A stretch of DNA of 64,000 bases from Chara braunii (lineage: Eukaryota > Plantae > Charophyceae), in contig BFEA01000009.1 in NCBI GenBank assembly GCA_003427395.1, positions 569,804-633,803 on the forward strand, read 5' to 3'. The notes beneath the pieces are model-generated. The model was not told the origin of the DNA. It did not search any database and saw nothing but the letters and a program-made list of their open reading frames with translations. Below are positions 25,893 to 38,842 of the stretch, piece after piece. Numbering within the stretch: position 1 is the stretch's first letter; each line of letters starts with the position of its first letter. Position numbers and translations under genes: made by a program.

Positions 25893-27041
25893 CTGCAATG
25901 CACCCACCCACGCACCCACCCACATTAGATACCATCCAAATAATCGGGAGTGGAATCGAGAAGTAGTCAAGATAGTCATGTGTCAAGCACAGAGCACAAT
26001 GCACCAAGATGCCATCAAAATAAGAGCAATACAATGAACTCGTATGTCAATGTCAACGCCTTTGGCCTCACCAACACAGTATTAGTTGTCACTCCTACTG
26101 ATTTGTTCCCAACGCCCAGCCTAAACTTTCAGCCTATCTACGTCTGCCTACGTTCTTGCAACCAGATCACATCGAAGTTGAAGACCACTGTATGTGATGT
26201 CATCAAAATGCCGAGCACCAACAAACACCAAGTACGTTCTCTTTCCTTCTCTGATCACACCCTGTCTCCCATCTTCATGCGCCTCGTATCCAAAAACGAC
26301 CATCGTCATCACCTGTTACCCGCACGCACAACCCGGCTATAAGCGTCGTGCGCCCGCTACCACTACAGCACCCTCTCACCTCTTGCGCCCGCGTGCGTCC
26401 TAGCCTGTCTGCTTAGCGCAGTGTCGCACAGCAAAGCAACAACGTGGCAATGCCTGCTTAGGCCAGAATGTCGCGCCCCTAAGCTCACACTTTCCTATGT
26501 GGAAAGTGCGCCTTGCCGCTGACCGGAACTGGGTCTGGCGTGTAAGGGCCCAGTAGCTTCAAATTGGCCCAAAGTGTCTGCGCCTCAGGCCTAGTTTCAA
26601 ACACTGCTCCAGGCCTCGTGCAGCTGGGCACGTCCAGGTAACCCTCTAGCCTCAAAGTGTTTGCCGCATTCTCATTGGCCTGTGGTAGATGTGTGACGAC
26701 AATGCTGCATTGTCATTGGTCCACTGCCACTACGTCTTGTGTCGGCCTCCCACTACGTGTGCAGAGGGTGCAACCAACTAAGCCCTGGGCTCAATTGTAC
26801 AACGCAACTGTTGCTTCTGGATTGAGCCACAAAAGGCTCACGTTGTTCTGTAACCAACCGACATGTGGCAACTGTTTGATACCCCACATACGGAAAATGT
26901 TAAAAATAGGTCTTTCGTGGATGTACAGACCCGTCTTCACTTAGGGCGGGCACGAGGCTTGCTGGGGCCACAACCAACAACATGTGCATGGTTGAGAAGA
27001 CCCTTGTTCAACTTCTTGTTTTATAGTCTCATCGTCCTGCA
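25893..27041 (-). mobile_element. Diverged, probably solo LTR, family A
   Basis: tgcaa...cctgca; colinear with 32696-33746 including cacttagggcgggcacgaggcttgctgggg...acatgt; boundaries approximate and no TSD seen. Confidence 0.75.
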
Positions 27042-28579
27042 GAAATAACATGCACATTTCTTAGCAAAACAAAATGAGACACCAATAAAAATGAACAACA
27101 CTGCTAGCTGTTTTTCTTTCTCGTTAATATTGTATCTTTAATACACTATGTAAATTACACTTATACACTGAAAAACAATATTCTCGTTGATATCATATCT
27201 TTAATACACTATATAAATTACACTTATACACTGAAAACAATATTAGAGAGAGACAGTCAGTTGGAATCTACGAATTTAAGGTTGGATGCATCAAGTGCGG
27301 CGATATTAGTGAGGACCTATTGAAAAATAGTACTTCATTTCGGATAATCTATCAAACACTTATTTCATTTTACATGTTAGTGTATGTTTATATATTTGTG
27401 ACAAATAAACATCCAAATAGTAAAACCTTTCAAAATAAAGTCAGGGCTTCTAAACATGTGTTCCGTAGGGAAGGTCGGTATGTGCATACTCTATTAACAC
27501 AAGACGCATAAATTGTACAAAAATTAATATGCACCTACCGACCAATAGGGAAATAAAATTAACAGATTACTATTTCCTTAGTGTAATCTTCATGTACATA
27601 CATTATTGTTTAGTGACTGTGGATAGGTTGCACCCCCAACCCCCAGTGCCGGCACACACACACACCATGCACGTAAGCCGCATTTTTTTTTCCAAGTTTT
27701 TGTGTGTGTATATGTATGTGGGACAATGACATAAAACAATGATACAATTTAGGTGAAACACACACACACACACATAACTTTTCAAAATAAGGTCAACGTT
27801 TCCAAAATAAGTGTCACGTAGGAAAGGTTGGTAGGTGCCTACTACTTTGCCGCAAAACGCATCGATTGTGTAAGAATTAATATGCAACTATCGACCATAG
27901 AAAATGAAACTATACTAGATTACTATTTGGACAGTATGATCTCTATGTTCCCATATATTTCACTTCCTTGACTGTTGGTAAGTCGCCCTCCAGCCCCCGA
28001 CACCCCCGACGACGCAAACATCATGCTTTTTTTTATGGAACTATTTTATTTATTCATTAATTCACTGACTGTGGGGTGTACCCCCCCCCCCCCCCCCCCC
28101 NNNNNNNNNNNNNNNNNNNNNNNNNNNNNNNNNNNNNNNNNNNNNNNNNNNNNNNNNNNNNNNNNNNNNNNNNNNNNNNNNNNNNNNNNNNNNNNNNNNN
28201 NNNNNNNNNNNNNNNNNNNNNNNNNNNNNNNNNNNNNNNNNNNNNNNNNNNNNNNNNNNNNNNNNNNNNNNNNNNNNNNNNNNNNNNNNNNNNNNNNNNN
28301 NNNNNNNNNNNNNNNNNNNNNNNNNNNNNNNNNNNNNNNNNNNNNNNNNNNNNNNNNNNNNNNNNNNNNNNNNNNNNNNNNNNNNNNNNNNNNNNNNNNN
28401 NNNNNNNNNNNNNNNNNNNNNNNNNNNNNNNNNNNNNNNNNNNNNNNNNNNNNNNNNNNNNNNNNNNNNNNNNNNNNNNNNNNNNNNNNNNNNNNNNNNN
28501 NNNNNNNNNNNNNNNNNNNNNNNNNNNNNNNNNNNNNNNNNNNNNNNNNNNNNNNNNNNNNNNNNNNNNNNNNNNNNNN

Positions 28580-28662
<83 letters not shown>

Positions 28663-28669
28663 ACCAATC

Positions 28670-28990
28670 GTGGATGGCCCCCTGTATTTCATGCTTCCAA
28701 ACTCGCAACTTTCGCTGAGACTGATCTGTTCCCATCAAGGAGATCAATGTTGCCTCCAACCATGGATTGGCATGTGGACGTCGACGATATCTTGGAACAT
28801 AGCGACTTGCCTGTACCCAAGCCTGTGGGCAGGGGAACCGCCAAAACCTACGAGGGAGTGTCGGGTCAGATTCAGGCATCAAACAAGTCCCAAGGAAGAA
28901 CGTTGGTTCACAAGGGAGGAGCTTGTTAGAACAACATCCGAGGTCGTGGCTGAGTATGAACGAAAGTTGAAGGGGAAAGCACCTGTGTAG
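28670..28990 (+). pseudogene. pol: 3' end of Ty3/Gypsy chromovirus pol: integrase C-terminal motif plus chromodomain (frameshifted)
   Basis: PVFHASKLATF from 28681; VDDILEH...RECRVRFRHQTSPKEERWFTREELVRTTSEVVAEYE chromodomain-like segment; followed by PPT and LTR start. Confidence 0.85.
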
Positions 28991-29016
28991 AACCATCTCA
29001 GCGGACTTTCGAAGCT

Positions 29017-29112
29017 AAGGGGGATGGAATGCGAGGATTAAGCCCTCGCGAGGCCCTTCTCAGGCATGCAAATGTTCCGGGTTGCGCCCCCAGCAAGCCT
29101 CGGTACCACCCA
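29017..29112 (+). mobile_element. Polypurine tract (29017-29029) and truncated start of a family A 3' LTR (TG at 29030)
   Basis: aagggggatggaa|tgcgaggattaagccctc; matches the reverse complement of gagggctcaatcctcaca at the 33746 end. Confidence 0.85.
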
Positions 29113-30437
29113 TAAAGCAATGCAGTGCAACCTCAGCCAAAATGCCATGTCAGCATACTCTCATCATCATACATACATCCGCTGTCGCCACAACCTTCCA
29201 GCGGCTGGCTTCTCCACCTAGGCCCCACTACAACATACCAGCATCAAAGTATCCTTACGTCGATATGAAGCATCGTCAGCGCACCGAGTAACAATGTCGT
29301 CGGTGTCAGGTAAGCGGCGATCAGGAAGCAGCTCTGATACCAAATTGCAAGAAATATGAGTGTGAACGATATACAGAAAACCAAGTTGTGAAATCACACA
29401 GATGTCCAGGTAGTCGTGTCCAAGCTGAGAGTACAAATGCACCAAGAAACCATTCATATAGAGCAATACAATGAAGTAATGAGCCAATGTTCAAGCACAT
29501 AGGCCACACCAACACAATATCCAAAGTCGCTCCTCTCTGTCTGGCGCCCAACGCCCAAAATCCAGCCTACTCTACCCGACTATCCTACCTACAACTGTGC
29601 TCACACAACAGACTCAATTCGACTCTCGAAGACAAATGTACAAGACTGTCAACACCATAGCCGACCTCTCTTCATGCACCAGGTACGTATCTCGTCACCC
29701 TCAATCAGACCTTGATTACCCCACACTCGCCTCCTTCCCTAAAGACCGCCAGATCGCCGACTTACCCCCTGGCGCCCAGTAACCCGATTATGGCTGCCTG
29801 CGCCCCGCTGCCCTGCAGCACCCCATTTCACCTCTACTCGCCCCGTCAGCGCCCTTGGCCGCAGCGCAGCATAAAGCAGTAGTGCAGCAACACTTCCGCA
29901 TTGCCTACGCAGGCCAAAATACCTGGCCTGGGCTGCCTTACTTCTTTTATGGAAGTGGCAGCCTCCTGGATGTTGCGTGTGGCCTGGCTGGAAGCTTCCG
30001 GTTGGGCCTCAGTCCTTGCGCCCAGGCCCGAGGCTACAGTTGAGGGCCTGGGCCCTTTACAGTTCGGCACGACCTGAGTCTCCGGACTTTGGCTTTGGTG
30101 CATTTGTGCACGGCCCTGGGGTAGGTGCGTCGACAGTACTGATTTTGCATAAGCCGCTGGCCGCTTCACAATGTATCGGCCCTGCCTTGTGTGTATGTGC
30201 CCAGGTGCAACTGCCAAGGCCTGGGCCAACTATACGACGCAGCTTAGTGAGGCTCACGCGTCCATCAACCAACTGACGTGCTGCATGAGCCTGAATACCC
30301 ATATAGGAAAATGTCGAATTTTGGCCTCTGATGAATATTCAGGCCCGCCTTCACTTAGGGCGGGCACTCAGCTCGCTGGGGGCCTCTGCCTAGAACATGT
30401 GATGTCTGATAGGGCCCCGTGAGGGCTCTTTCCTCGT
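29113..30437 (-). mobile_element. Family A 5' LTR (29346-~30437) with Met-PBS (29331-29342) and a short leader remnant
   Basis: Minus strand ...ttcttgCA-att-TGGTATCAGAGC; colinear with the solo LTR at 32696-33746. Confidence 0.88.
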
Positions 30438-30565
30438 CGTTATTTCCGAACAAAAACTTGAAAAATAATTAATTAGTATTATTTTTGAATTTCAAAGGAA
30501 CGTCGAAAAACAATTAATTAATTCCAACGTATTTTTGGAAAAGAAAAGAATCTAAAATATTTTTG

Positions 30566-31142
30566 TGCGAGGCATAAGGCCTCACTAAGCCCTACCGGGC
30601 CCCTATTTGCAACAGTGTCGGCCGCCCTAAGTGAAGGTAGGCTCGACAGACGACAACATGCCTATTTTGGACTACTTCGCAACTGGGGGAGAATTCAGGC
30701 AATTGTGCAGCGTCAGTTGGTTGAAAGCGCCCAGGCCCTGACCTCCTTTATCAAATGCATCCGAGTCAGGCCCTGGGCAAGATACGCAGCATGGACTTAA
30801 CTCAGGCTGCTGGCAGTTGGGCACGGGTAACTGTCACAGGCCTTGGGCTTGATCTGTTTGGTCTGGGGCTCAACCTCTCTGGCCCTACCGGAAGCTTCTG
30901 AGGAGGGGCCAAGCGCAGCCAGGCTGCACTCGCAAGGCACGCAGACCACTTCCATTTAGGAAAGGGCCTGCACACACATTCGTCATTTGGGCACTGGCTG
31001 CATGCTGCGCAAGCGCTGCTGCGCTAACGCTGGCCAGACTCGCTTGCTCATGGGCGAGCTGGAAGGAGCAGGCAGCCATAGCCGAGCTACACTGCTGTAT
31101 GCTGGATGGGGCACATGGTGGTTCTTGGGTGCAAGTGGCATC
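30566..31142 (+). mobile_element. 5' half of a family A LTR, interrupted by family B
   Basis: Starts tgcgaggcataaggcctc; contains gccgccctaagtgaagg (reverse complement of the family landmark). Confidence 0.75.
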
Positions 31143-32695
31143 TATGGCATACTGATACCACACGGGCCATAGTTAGGGCCCGGTTCTGTAATAGGCACGA
31201 TTAGGCCTAGGTACCGGGTCCCAACGGTCCCAACTAGGTCTAGGTAGGCCTTGGAACTGTCGGTTCAGTTTAGGGTCTGGTAGGCCTCGTTTAGACCCCA
31301 CCAGACCCAACGGCTAGTTGTTTAGGCCAGGTACCGGTCCATCGGTAGGCCCAGCCGGCAGCGCAGTTGTACGCGCCACTTGTCAGATTCAATCGGATCT
31401 GAACCGTTGGGCCCGATCAACGGTCCAGACCCGAAGACACTCAGTAGGACTGAGGTTGTGGCATACTGATACCACACGGGCCCCAGTTAGGGCCCGGTTC
31501 TACAAGGTATCAGGTCACGACAGTCCCAGCTAGGTCCAGGTAGGCCTAGAAAACGTCGGTTCAGTCTAGGATCCGGTAGGCCTCGTTTAGACCTAACCAG
31601 ACCCAACAACTAGTTTAGGTCAGGTACCGGTCGATCGGTAGGCCCAGCCGGCGGCGCAGTTTTGGTGCCCACTTTTCAGATTTCAAAATCGGATCTGAAC
31701 CGTTGGGCCTGATCAACGGTCCAGACCCGAAGGCCCTCAGTAGGACTGAGGCCGACCCAGCATTATATCAGCTGGGTACCAGCCTCAGTCGGGTAGGTTG
31801 GTGGACAAGAGTTTAGTCTTCAGGATTAGCGCAGCGTTTCAGCATTAGTAAGATTAGCGCAGCGCAGTAGCGTAAGTGTGAGCAACGAGGAGAGATCAGC
31901 ATAGCGGCGAGGAGGGACCAGCGCAGCAGTGGAACAGCGCCAGCCACCGGCCCAGCGCCAGTGTGGCATACTGCGCAGCCACACGGGCCTGCAGGGCCCG
32001 TCCCGCAGTCTCGGCCCAAAAACCTAAAAACAAGGGCTTACAAGCCCCGTGTCGTTTCAGCCTAAAAGCCTGAAAAAAAAGGGTGTGCAGGCCCTATGTC
32101 GTTTCAGCCTAAAACAGGGCCTTCCAGGCCCTGAGTCTTTTCAGCCTGAAATGGAGGGCCACTTTCGGGCCCTTATAAGATCGACCTGCCCTAACACTCA
32201 GGCACCAAACCAGGGGTTTCGGGAACAGGTTATTTTTGACCTGTTCCCACGACAGCCTCAGCAGGAGCTGCAGCGGCAGGCCCTGGCTCACTTCGGCATT
32301 GGCAAGAGCAGCCTCCTGGACTGCCCCACCCCGCAGCTGCAGGCAGTCAGGAGGCAGGCCGAGGTAGTACATAGGGAGTTCCCATGCACTTCACAGGTAG
32401 AGGACAGAAGGCAGGAGGCAGTCTTCAGGATTCGGCCGCAGCACTCTGGAGGAGCATTGCTGGGGTAGTGTTAGCGCTATCAGTAGTCTTCAGTGTTGGG
32501 CGCTAGTAGTTGAGGAGTAGTCTTCAGCGCATGGCGCTAGTAGTAGTAGTAGTAATAGTAGTGTTGGAGAGAGATGGTTGGCGGAGGCCAGTGAGACTTA
32601 CCGGTGGCGCCATAGCTCCAGCTCCATCTTCGAGGTACCTGCATCAAGGCGCCAACTTCACAGGTTAGTACCGGACACAGAGAGAGAGAGAGAGT

Positions 32696-33746
32696 TGCAC
32701 GGAACATGAATGTGGACGAAGCATAGAAATCCCAATTGCAAAATCACGCTGAAGTCCATGTAGTCAAAGCAAGAGCAGATAGCACAATGGAACCAAGGAA
32801 CAATCCATTTGAGAACGATACAACAGAATCGTGAGTCAATGTCCAATCCCAATCGGGCAACACCAATAACGTAACCCAATGTAGCTCTCTCTCTTAGATG
32901 GCGCCAAGCGCCCTATCTACTCCATAGCCTATCCCTACAACTACAACATGAAAGCAACCATACAACTTGACGACCAGCGAGTGATGACGTCAACACCAAT
33001 GCCGACCTCCTCTCCACGAGGTACGTCTCTCTCTTCTCCCTCACTCTCCCTTGTTATCCCACACAACGCCCTTCACCTTTTGAAGAACCACCTTCGCCCT
33101 CACCTCCCTCTGCGCCCTCATGCAGCCCGGCTATGGCCGTCAGCGCCCTGCGCCCAGGCTGCGCCCTACCGCTAAGTGCCAGCCTGCCTGCTCTCAGCCT
33201 AGCGCAGCGCAACACAACACCGCACCTCACAATGCTTCAGCGTGCCGACATTGCTCACAATGGCCAAGATCCCTGCCCACTCGCTTGCTCTGCCTATATG
33301 CCAGTGTTGCGTGTGGGCGGTCTGCCTTGAGCCTGCGCCTGGGCCCCACTACCTGTACCCAGGCCCAATGTGGTTGGGGCTCACGTAATTCAGTTGCGCC
33401 TCTGTCATCAAAGCCTGCGTCCAGATTCAGATAGTGGACCGGTTTCCCATTGGCATTTTCGGTCTCTATGTCCAGCATGCAATGTCGGCCTCACGTTTAT
33501 GCGCCCAGGGCCTAACCAATTCTGGGGCCCTGGTCCTTCTGCATTTGCAGAGCTCTGGTACTCGGTGCACTCCAACCAACTAGCGTGCAGCAACTGTATG
33601 GACACCACTTCGTGAAATGTTGAAGAAAGGGGCTCTCGTTGATTTGCTGGCCCGCCTTCACTTAGGGCGGGCACGAGGCTTGCTGGGGGCCTTAGCCCAG
33701 AACATGTACATCACGACAAGGGCCCATTGAGGGCTCAATCCTCACA
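32696..33746 (-). mobile_element. Family A solo LTR, 1051 bp
   Basis: gagt|TGCACGG...CCTCACA|gagt (4-bp TSD); colinear with 29346-30437. Confidence 0.88.
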
Positions 33747-33823
33747 GAGTTCTTCTTCTTCCTCTTCTAAGTCCAGCATCTCTTCTTCAACTCTCACTAC
33801 CTGACTTCTCTGTATCTGCGGAC

Positions 33824-33888
<65 letters not shown>

Positions 33889-33948
33889 NNNNNNNNNNNN
33901 NNNNNNNNNNNNNNNNNNNNNNNNNNNNNNNNNNNNNNNNNNNNNNNN

Positions 33949-34009
<61 letters not shown>

Positions 34010-34479
34010 GTGACTTTGAGACTTGACGACATTGGATCCAGACCTGACATTGGGATTCAGACATTGGACGAGGGACTATTTGGGCCTGCGCCGAAGACTT
34101 GGTGTTGACGACATTCCCATCTTCCCCTCTTCTTCGTCTAACCCCCCTCTTCTTCGTCTATGTATGGATGGGGACTGACGCATTCTTCCTGTGTGAGCGC
34201 TAGACCCCTTCACACCATGGAGTGATGATGATGTATGTTCGGGGCTGCATTGCAATATTGATTGTTCGGATCATTGGTACCTAAGTCTTCCGCTACGCTA
34301 TCTTATACTTTGTGAGAGAGGTCGGTTCTTGTTCTGGTCTGCACCGTTACGATATGCAACAGTTTGGTATAGGAGCGGATCTCTCAATCAGAGGACCCGC
34401 TCAATCAAGTAACCAGCTTGCTTGATCTATTGATTACTCATTCGTAAATCAAGTAGGACTTTGTCAAATCTCTGGAAAA

Positions 34480-34810
34480 AAAAATTCTCTCGCAACAAAT
34501 ATCTGAGAATTTCTGATAATCGCATTTCGTTTTACCTGAAAATTTCTGATATTAGTATTTCGTTTTCACGCAACAAATATCTGAAAATTTCTAATAATCG
34601 CATTTCGTTTTATCTGAAAATTCCTGATAGTAGCATTTTGTTTCTCCGATATTAGCAGCCGAAACTTCTGATACGAGCATTTCGTTTTCTAGGCATATTA
34701 GGATAACGATAGAGGTCGTCATATTCTTGGAAATTACATTTAGTTTCTTTTCTGAAAATCGCATCTCGATTCTATTTCGCAATTTTTTTTTTCAAAATCG
34801 CATTTTTGTG
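34480..34810. repeat. AT-rich degenerate minisatellite (ctgaaaatttctgataatcgcatttcgttt)
   Basis: Motif repeated at least 5 times. Confidence 0.8.
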
Positions 34811-35396
34811 AAAGCCAAACTTTGCGGAATCTGGCCTAGATCTCGCTCATAGTACTCCTCTGACATGCCTTACTCATAGCATATCGACAAATATATTTAA
34901 AAAAAAAAAGGGTGATCCTCTTCTTTATTTTTTTTATTTTTTTTTGTCTGTTGATTAGGACTGGGAGGAAAGTATAGCTGGGTTGGTTACCTACCTGCGT
35001 TTTCCCTCCATGTATCTCAAGTCTTCCACCGTTTTTGTATTAACTCTGTATTATCTGGTGGGTTATGAGAATCTGCGCCACACTTATGATTGTGTTTCAC
35101 GAGTATGCAACAGAGGCCGACCCATCACTATATCAGTTGGGTACCAGCCTCAGTCGGTAGGTTAGTAGACAGGGAAAGAATAACGAATGCTACATGTTTG
35201 TGAAAGTTTTGAAAAAGAAAATATTTTGGAAAAGCAATGTCGAAAAAGATAATTAGTTAAGTATTTGTAAATTTATAAGAATTTCAAATGAATAATAAAA
35301 ATCAATTATAAATAAATAAAGGGATAAATGAGGGTCTATGATTGATTGGGTGGTAGCGTGGTGGGTAGGGTAAAGGAAAGGTTTGTACCAGGAGAT

Positions 35397-35437
<41 letters not shown>

Positions 35438-36354
35438 TGTGGGGAGAGGGGGAACGTAGGGGGAGAGTCAGGGGGGGGAAGCGGACTCGGGGAATCGCGC
35501 GTGGGACAGAGGAAGTCGGGGGAAGGAGGTCCTGGTTGGGGTCGGGGGTGGGGGCGCGCAGTTGGGGTGGGGGAGTCGCAATCGCANNNNNNNNNNNNNN
35601 NNNNNNNNNNNNNNNNNNNNNNNNNNNNNNNNNNNNNNNNNNNNNNNNNNNNNNNNNNNNNNNNNNNNNNNNNNNNNNNNNNNNNNNNNNNNNNNNNNNN
35701 NNNNNNNNNNNNNNNNNNNNNNNNNNNNNNNNNNNNNNNNNNNNNNNNNNNNNNNNNNNNNNNNNNNNNNNNNNNNNNNNNNNNNNNNNNNNNNNNNNNN
35801 NNNNNNNNNNNNNNNNNNNNNNNNNNNNNNNNNNNNNNNNNNNNNNNNNNNNNNNNNNNNNNNNNNNNNNNNNNNNNNNNNNNNNNNNNNNNNNNNNNNN
35901 NNNNNNNNNNNNNNNNNNNNNNNNNNNNNNNNNNNNNNNNNNNNNNNNNNNNNNNNNNNNNNNNNNNNNNNNNNNNNNNNNNNNNNNNNNNNNNNNNNNN
36001 NNNNNNNNNNNNNNNNNNNNNNNNNNNNNNNNNNNNNNNNNNNNNNNNNNNNNNNNNNNNNNNNNNNNNNNNNNNNNNNNNNNNNNNNNNNNNNNNNNNN
36101 NNNNNNNNNNNNNNNNNNNNNNNNNNNNNNNNNNNNNNNNNNNNNNNNNNNNNNNNNNNNNNNNNNNNNNNNNNNNNNNNNNNNNNNNNNNNNNNNNNNN
36201 NNNNNNNNNNNNNNNNNNNNNNNNNNNNNNNNNNNNNNNNNNNNNNNNNNNNNNNNNNNNNNNNNNNNNNNNNNNNNNNNNNNNNNNNNNNNNNNNNNNN
36301 NNNNNNNNNNNNNNNNNNNNNNNNNNNNNNNNNNNNNNNNNNNNNNNNNNNTAA

Positions 36355-37149
36355 CCGACAGTTTTGGTTGGGTGCGGGTGTGGCAGAAAGGGTGTGGGCT
36401 GGTTTGGCTGGGTGTGAAAATGTGTTGGGTGAAATTGAGTGGGTTGGGAAAGTTTCGGGGGGGTATGGCTGGGTGTTGGAAAAGTGTGTGGGCGGGTACG
36501 ACCGGGTAGAGGTTTCGCCCGGGTGACCCGAAGTCTGTAGGCCTGTATACTAGGCTAGTATAGGACATGTAGGTTGTATTAGGGTCATGCGGCATTAGGT
36601 ATTTGGCCTGCACCCTCCATTTTTTATTCCCAGCCTCCCCAGGTATTCAAGCCTGGTCCTACCAGTAGTAGGAATTAGGCCTGGTTGTTTTCTTTTTCCG
36701 CTAGTCTCGAAATGTGCAAAATAGGCATGGCCTAGCAACGGGCCTTGCTCCAGTAGTCTCCAAATGTGCTCAATGAGACTAAATTGCCCGCTAGAACTAG
36801 GATAGATACATTGCCATATTTTTTGTCCGTTGTGCATGTGGAGAGTAAGAAGGGCATGCTGGGTGGTAAACTTTGGGCATGGGTACGGTCGGGCACGGGT
36901 GGATGAAAATTGCTCGCGGGTGCGGGCGGATGCGGGTGGATTAAATCTAGGGGTGGGTGTGGCTGGGTAGGGGTAAGGGTTCCATTGCAGATTCTGGGTG
37001 GGCTGGGTACGGGTACAAAAATGTTTCATTAGCTTGGGTGGGCTGGGTCAGGGTAAAATAATTTTTTTTTACATGGGTGGCACAGGGTGCGGGTAGATAT
37101 GACATATCAAGGCTTGGACTGGGTCGGATGTGGGTGGGATAAAACACTG
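36355..37149. mobile_element. End of a hAT-like non-autonomous element (minus-strand terminus CAGTGTTTTATCCC) with many (c/t)gggt subterminal repeats
   Basis: gggataaaacactg ending at 37149; dense gggtg/cgggt repeats; other end probably in or beyond the gap. Confidence 0.55.
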
Positions 37150-37501
37150 GTTTGGCAACCTCTGGCGACCATGATGACGTGGCAGCGACGGCGATGACGT
37201 GGCACGAACGACGACGATGTCGACGACGACGGCACTGAATCAGGGCGGGAGGGAGGACCGAAGCGGCTCCGATACCAGTGTGATGGGGCCGAGGCAAGGC
37301 AGCGAGGTCAGGGAAGAGCACACACACACACACACACTCAACTCGACACGGACTCGACACGACTCGACGGACACGGACACAAAGTGGCAAAGTCGCAAAG
37401 TCGCAATCTTGCTTCCCTACACAATGTCGCAGCAAGTCACACTGAAGCACAAGCACGGAGGCCAACAACTGAGTCCCCGAACTCAGCTTCAGTCCGGTCT
37501 T

Positions 37502-38842
37502 TTTTTTTTTTTCTTTTTTTTTTAATGAAAAGTCCATGGTGTTGTAGAGGCCAGTCACTGTGTACACAATGATCACCTGGCGCAGCAGGCCGTGGGTGTC
37601 CTGGAATATGAGACACCTCCCATCCCATCCTCACGTCAATACTCCTAGGGCACCCCCTGTCCCACTATCCTACTTCAGTGTGACCAGCACTAAGGACCAT
37701 TACCCTACCAATGGGAAGGTAACTTGGACCGAACAACAGTGATAGGCACCAGGGCTGATAGGTTGCCTAGCCCAGCCCTGGTGAAAGCGGAATGGGACGA
37801 GCCTTGTCGAACCGGAACTTCGGATCCCAGGCCCAGACAATCTACTGCAGGGCCCAATAGACTCTGGGCCCTAGGTTTCAGACAGGGTAGCACCCATTGA
37901 AGCAGTCTTACTGTCCTTCCCCTAGCCTACCCAAGGCCAGGCGGAACTCAGACTGGCCTGAGCGACGTATACCCCTAAGGGCCCTACCCTTACCCCAAGG
38001 TCTAAGCCTTATATATAGGCACTAGACAATTCTACCCGAATATCAGTAGGAACTCAGGTGGCCCATACCTGTCCCAATCACAGATACTAGACCCCACCCA
38101 GTGACTAGACCCCCCCAATCTGATAGTTGTGTAGCTCGAAATGTATGTGTATACTCGAAGGTTGTGTATGCTTCGTGTATCTATGTATGAAGATGTACAG
38201 ACAGCACTATGTGTGGAAACTTGTGTATGTAGCCCGTAGGCCATGTATAATTCGCAAGTTATGTATATGCCCAAAGGCTATGTGTGCTCTGTGAATCAAT
38301 ATATCGAGATGTATAGGCAACATCATGTGTGTATATCGAAGAGAGAACAGGGTAAGTTGGACAAGGGACCCCCCAAGATCCGAGCCAAGCTCGAACCCGT
38401 GACCTTGAAACATGTAATCGTATGACTCTACCATATGAACGGCTAGGGGAAATGGCGTGAACGTGTGATATGCCAGACTGGGGAGATCAACAGAATGCCC
38501 AAGACCAACACCCCCAAGCAACCCATGTGAAACCCAGAACCAACGTACAACACCATGAACAACCCTTGGGTGGTGCGCAGGCAGTGTCTGTAATAGTACC
38601 ATGCATCAGCCCAAGGGAGTGTGTCCAGCCGTGCATCAGTCTAACGCCCTGTCGGTGCGCAGGCAGTGTCTGTAATAGTACCATGCGTTAGCCCAAGGGA
38701 GTGTGTCCAGCCGTGCATCAGTCTAACGCCCTGTCGGTGTCCATGCGTAAGGTTGCAATTGAGTTTTGAACCCGCAACCTCATACCACAACTTGAATGCG
38801 CATTTCCAACCGGTGCTCTAACCACTGAGCCACATCAACTGG
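37502..38842 (-). mobile_element. tRNA-derived SINE with poly(A) tail and 11-bp TSD (about 330 bp without the nested insert)
   Basis: A-box tggctcagtgg (38822-38832) and B-box ggttcaaaact (38762-38772) on the minus strand; attaaa plus A-tail at 37502-37526; TSD agtccggtctt at 37491-37501 and 38843-38853. Confidence 0.85.
37540..38552. mobile_element. ~1-kb solo-LTR-like insert inside the SINE
   Basis: Termini tgttgta...tacaaca; TATA-like tatatata near 38010; flanked by catg-containing sequence, TSD ambiguous. Confidence 0.55.

Larger units (their letters stand above)
31457..35112 (+). mobile_element. Family B solo LTR (~2.6 kb after removing the nested insert)
   Basis: Termini tgtggcatac...gtatgcaaca (9/10 inverted match); 5-bp TSD gaggt/gaggc; orientation not established. 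Confidence 0.8.
31143..35175 (+). mobile_element. Family B LTR fragment (31143-31456 plus 35113-~35175) split by a second family B copy
   Basis: tatggcatactgatacc...tcagtaggactgagg resumes at 35113 as gaggccgaccca..tatatcag.tgggtaccagcctcagtcgg, as in the uninterrupted inner copy near 31740-31800. Confidence 0.8.

Noticed and set aside
15338-36613. Long ORFs containing X runs
   Set aside because: They only span N gaps (15514-15816, 17535-17999, 28101-28579, 35587-36351 and others)
38752-38839. Functional tRNA gene
   Set aside because: Poor acceptor and anticodon pairing, and it heads a poly(A)/TSD-bounded unit, so it is treated as a SINE head
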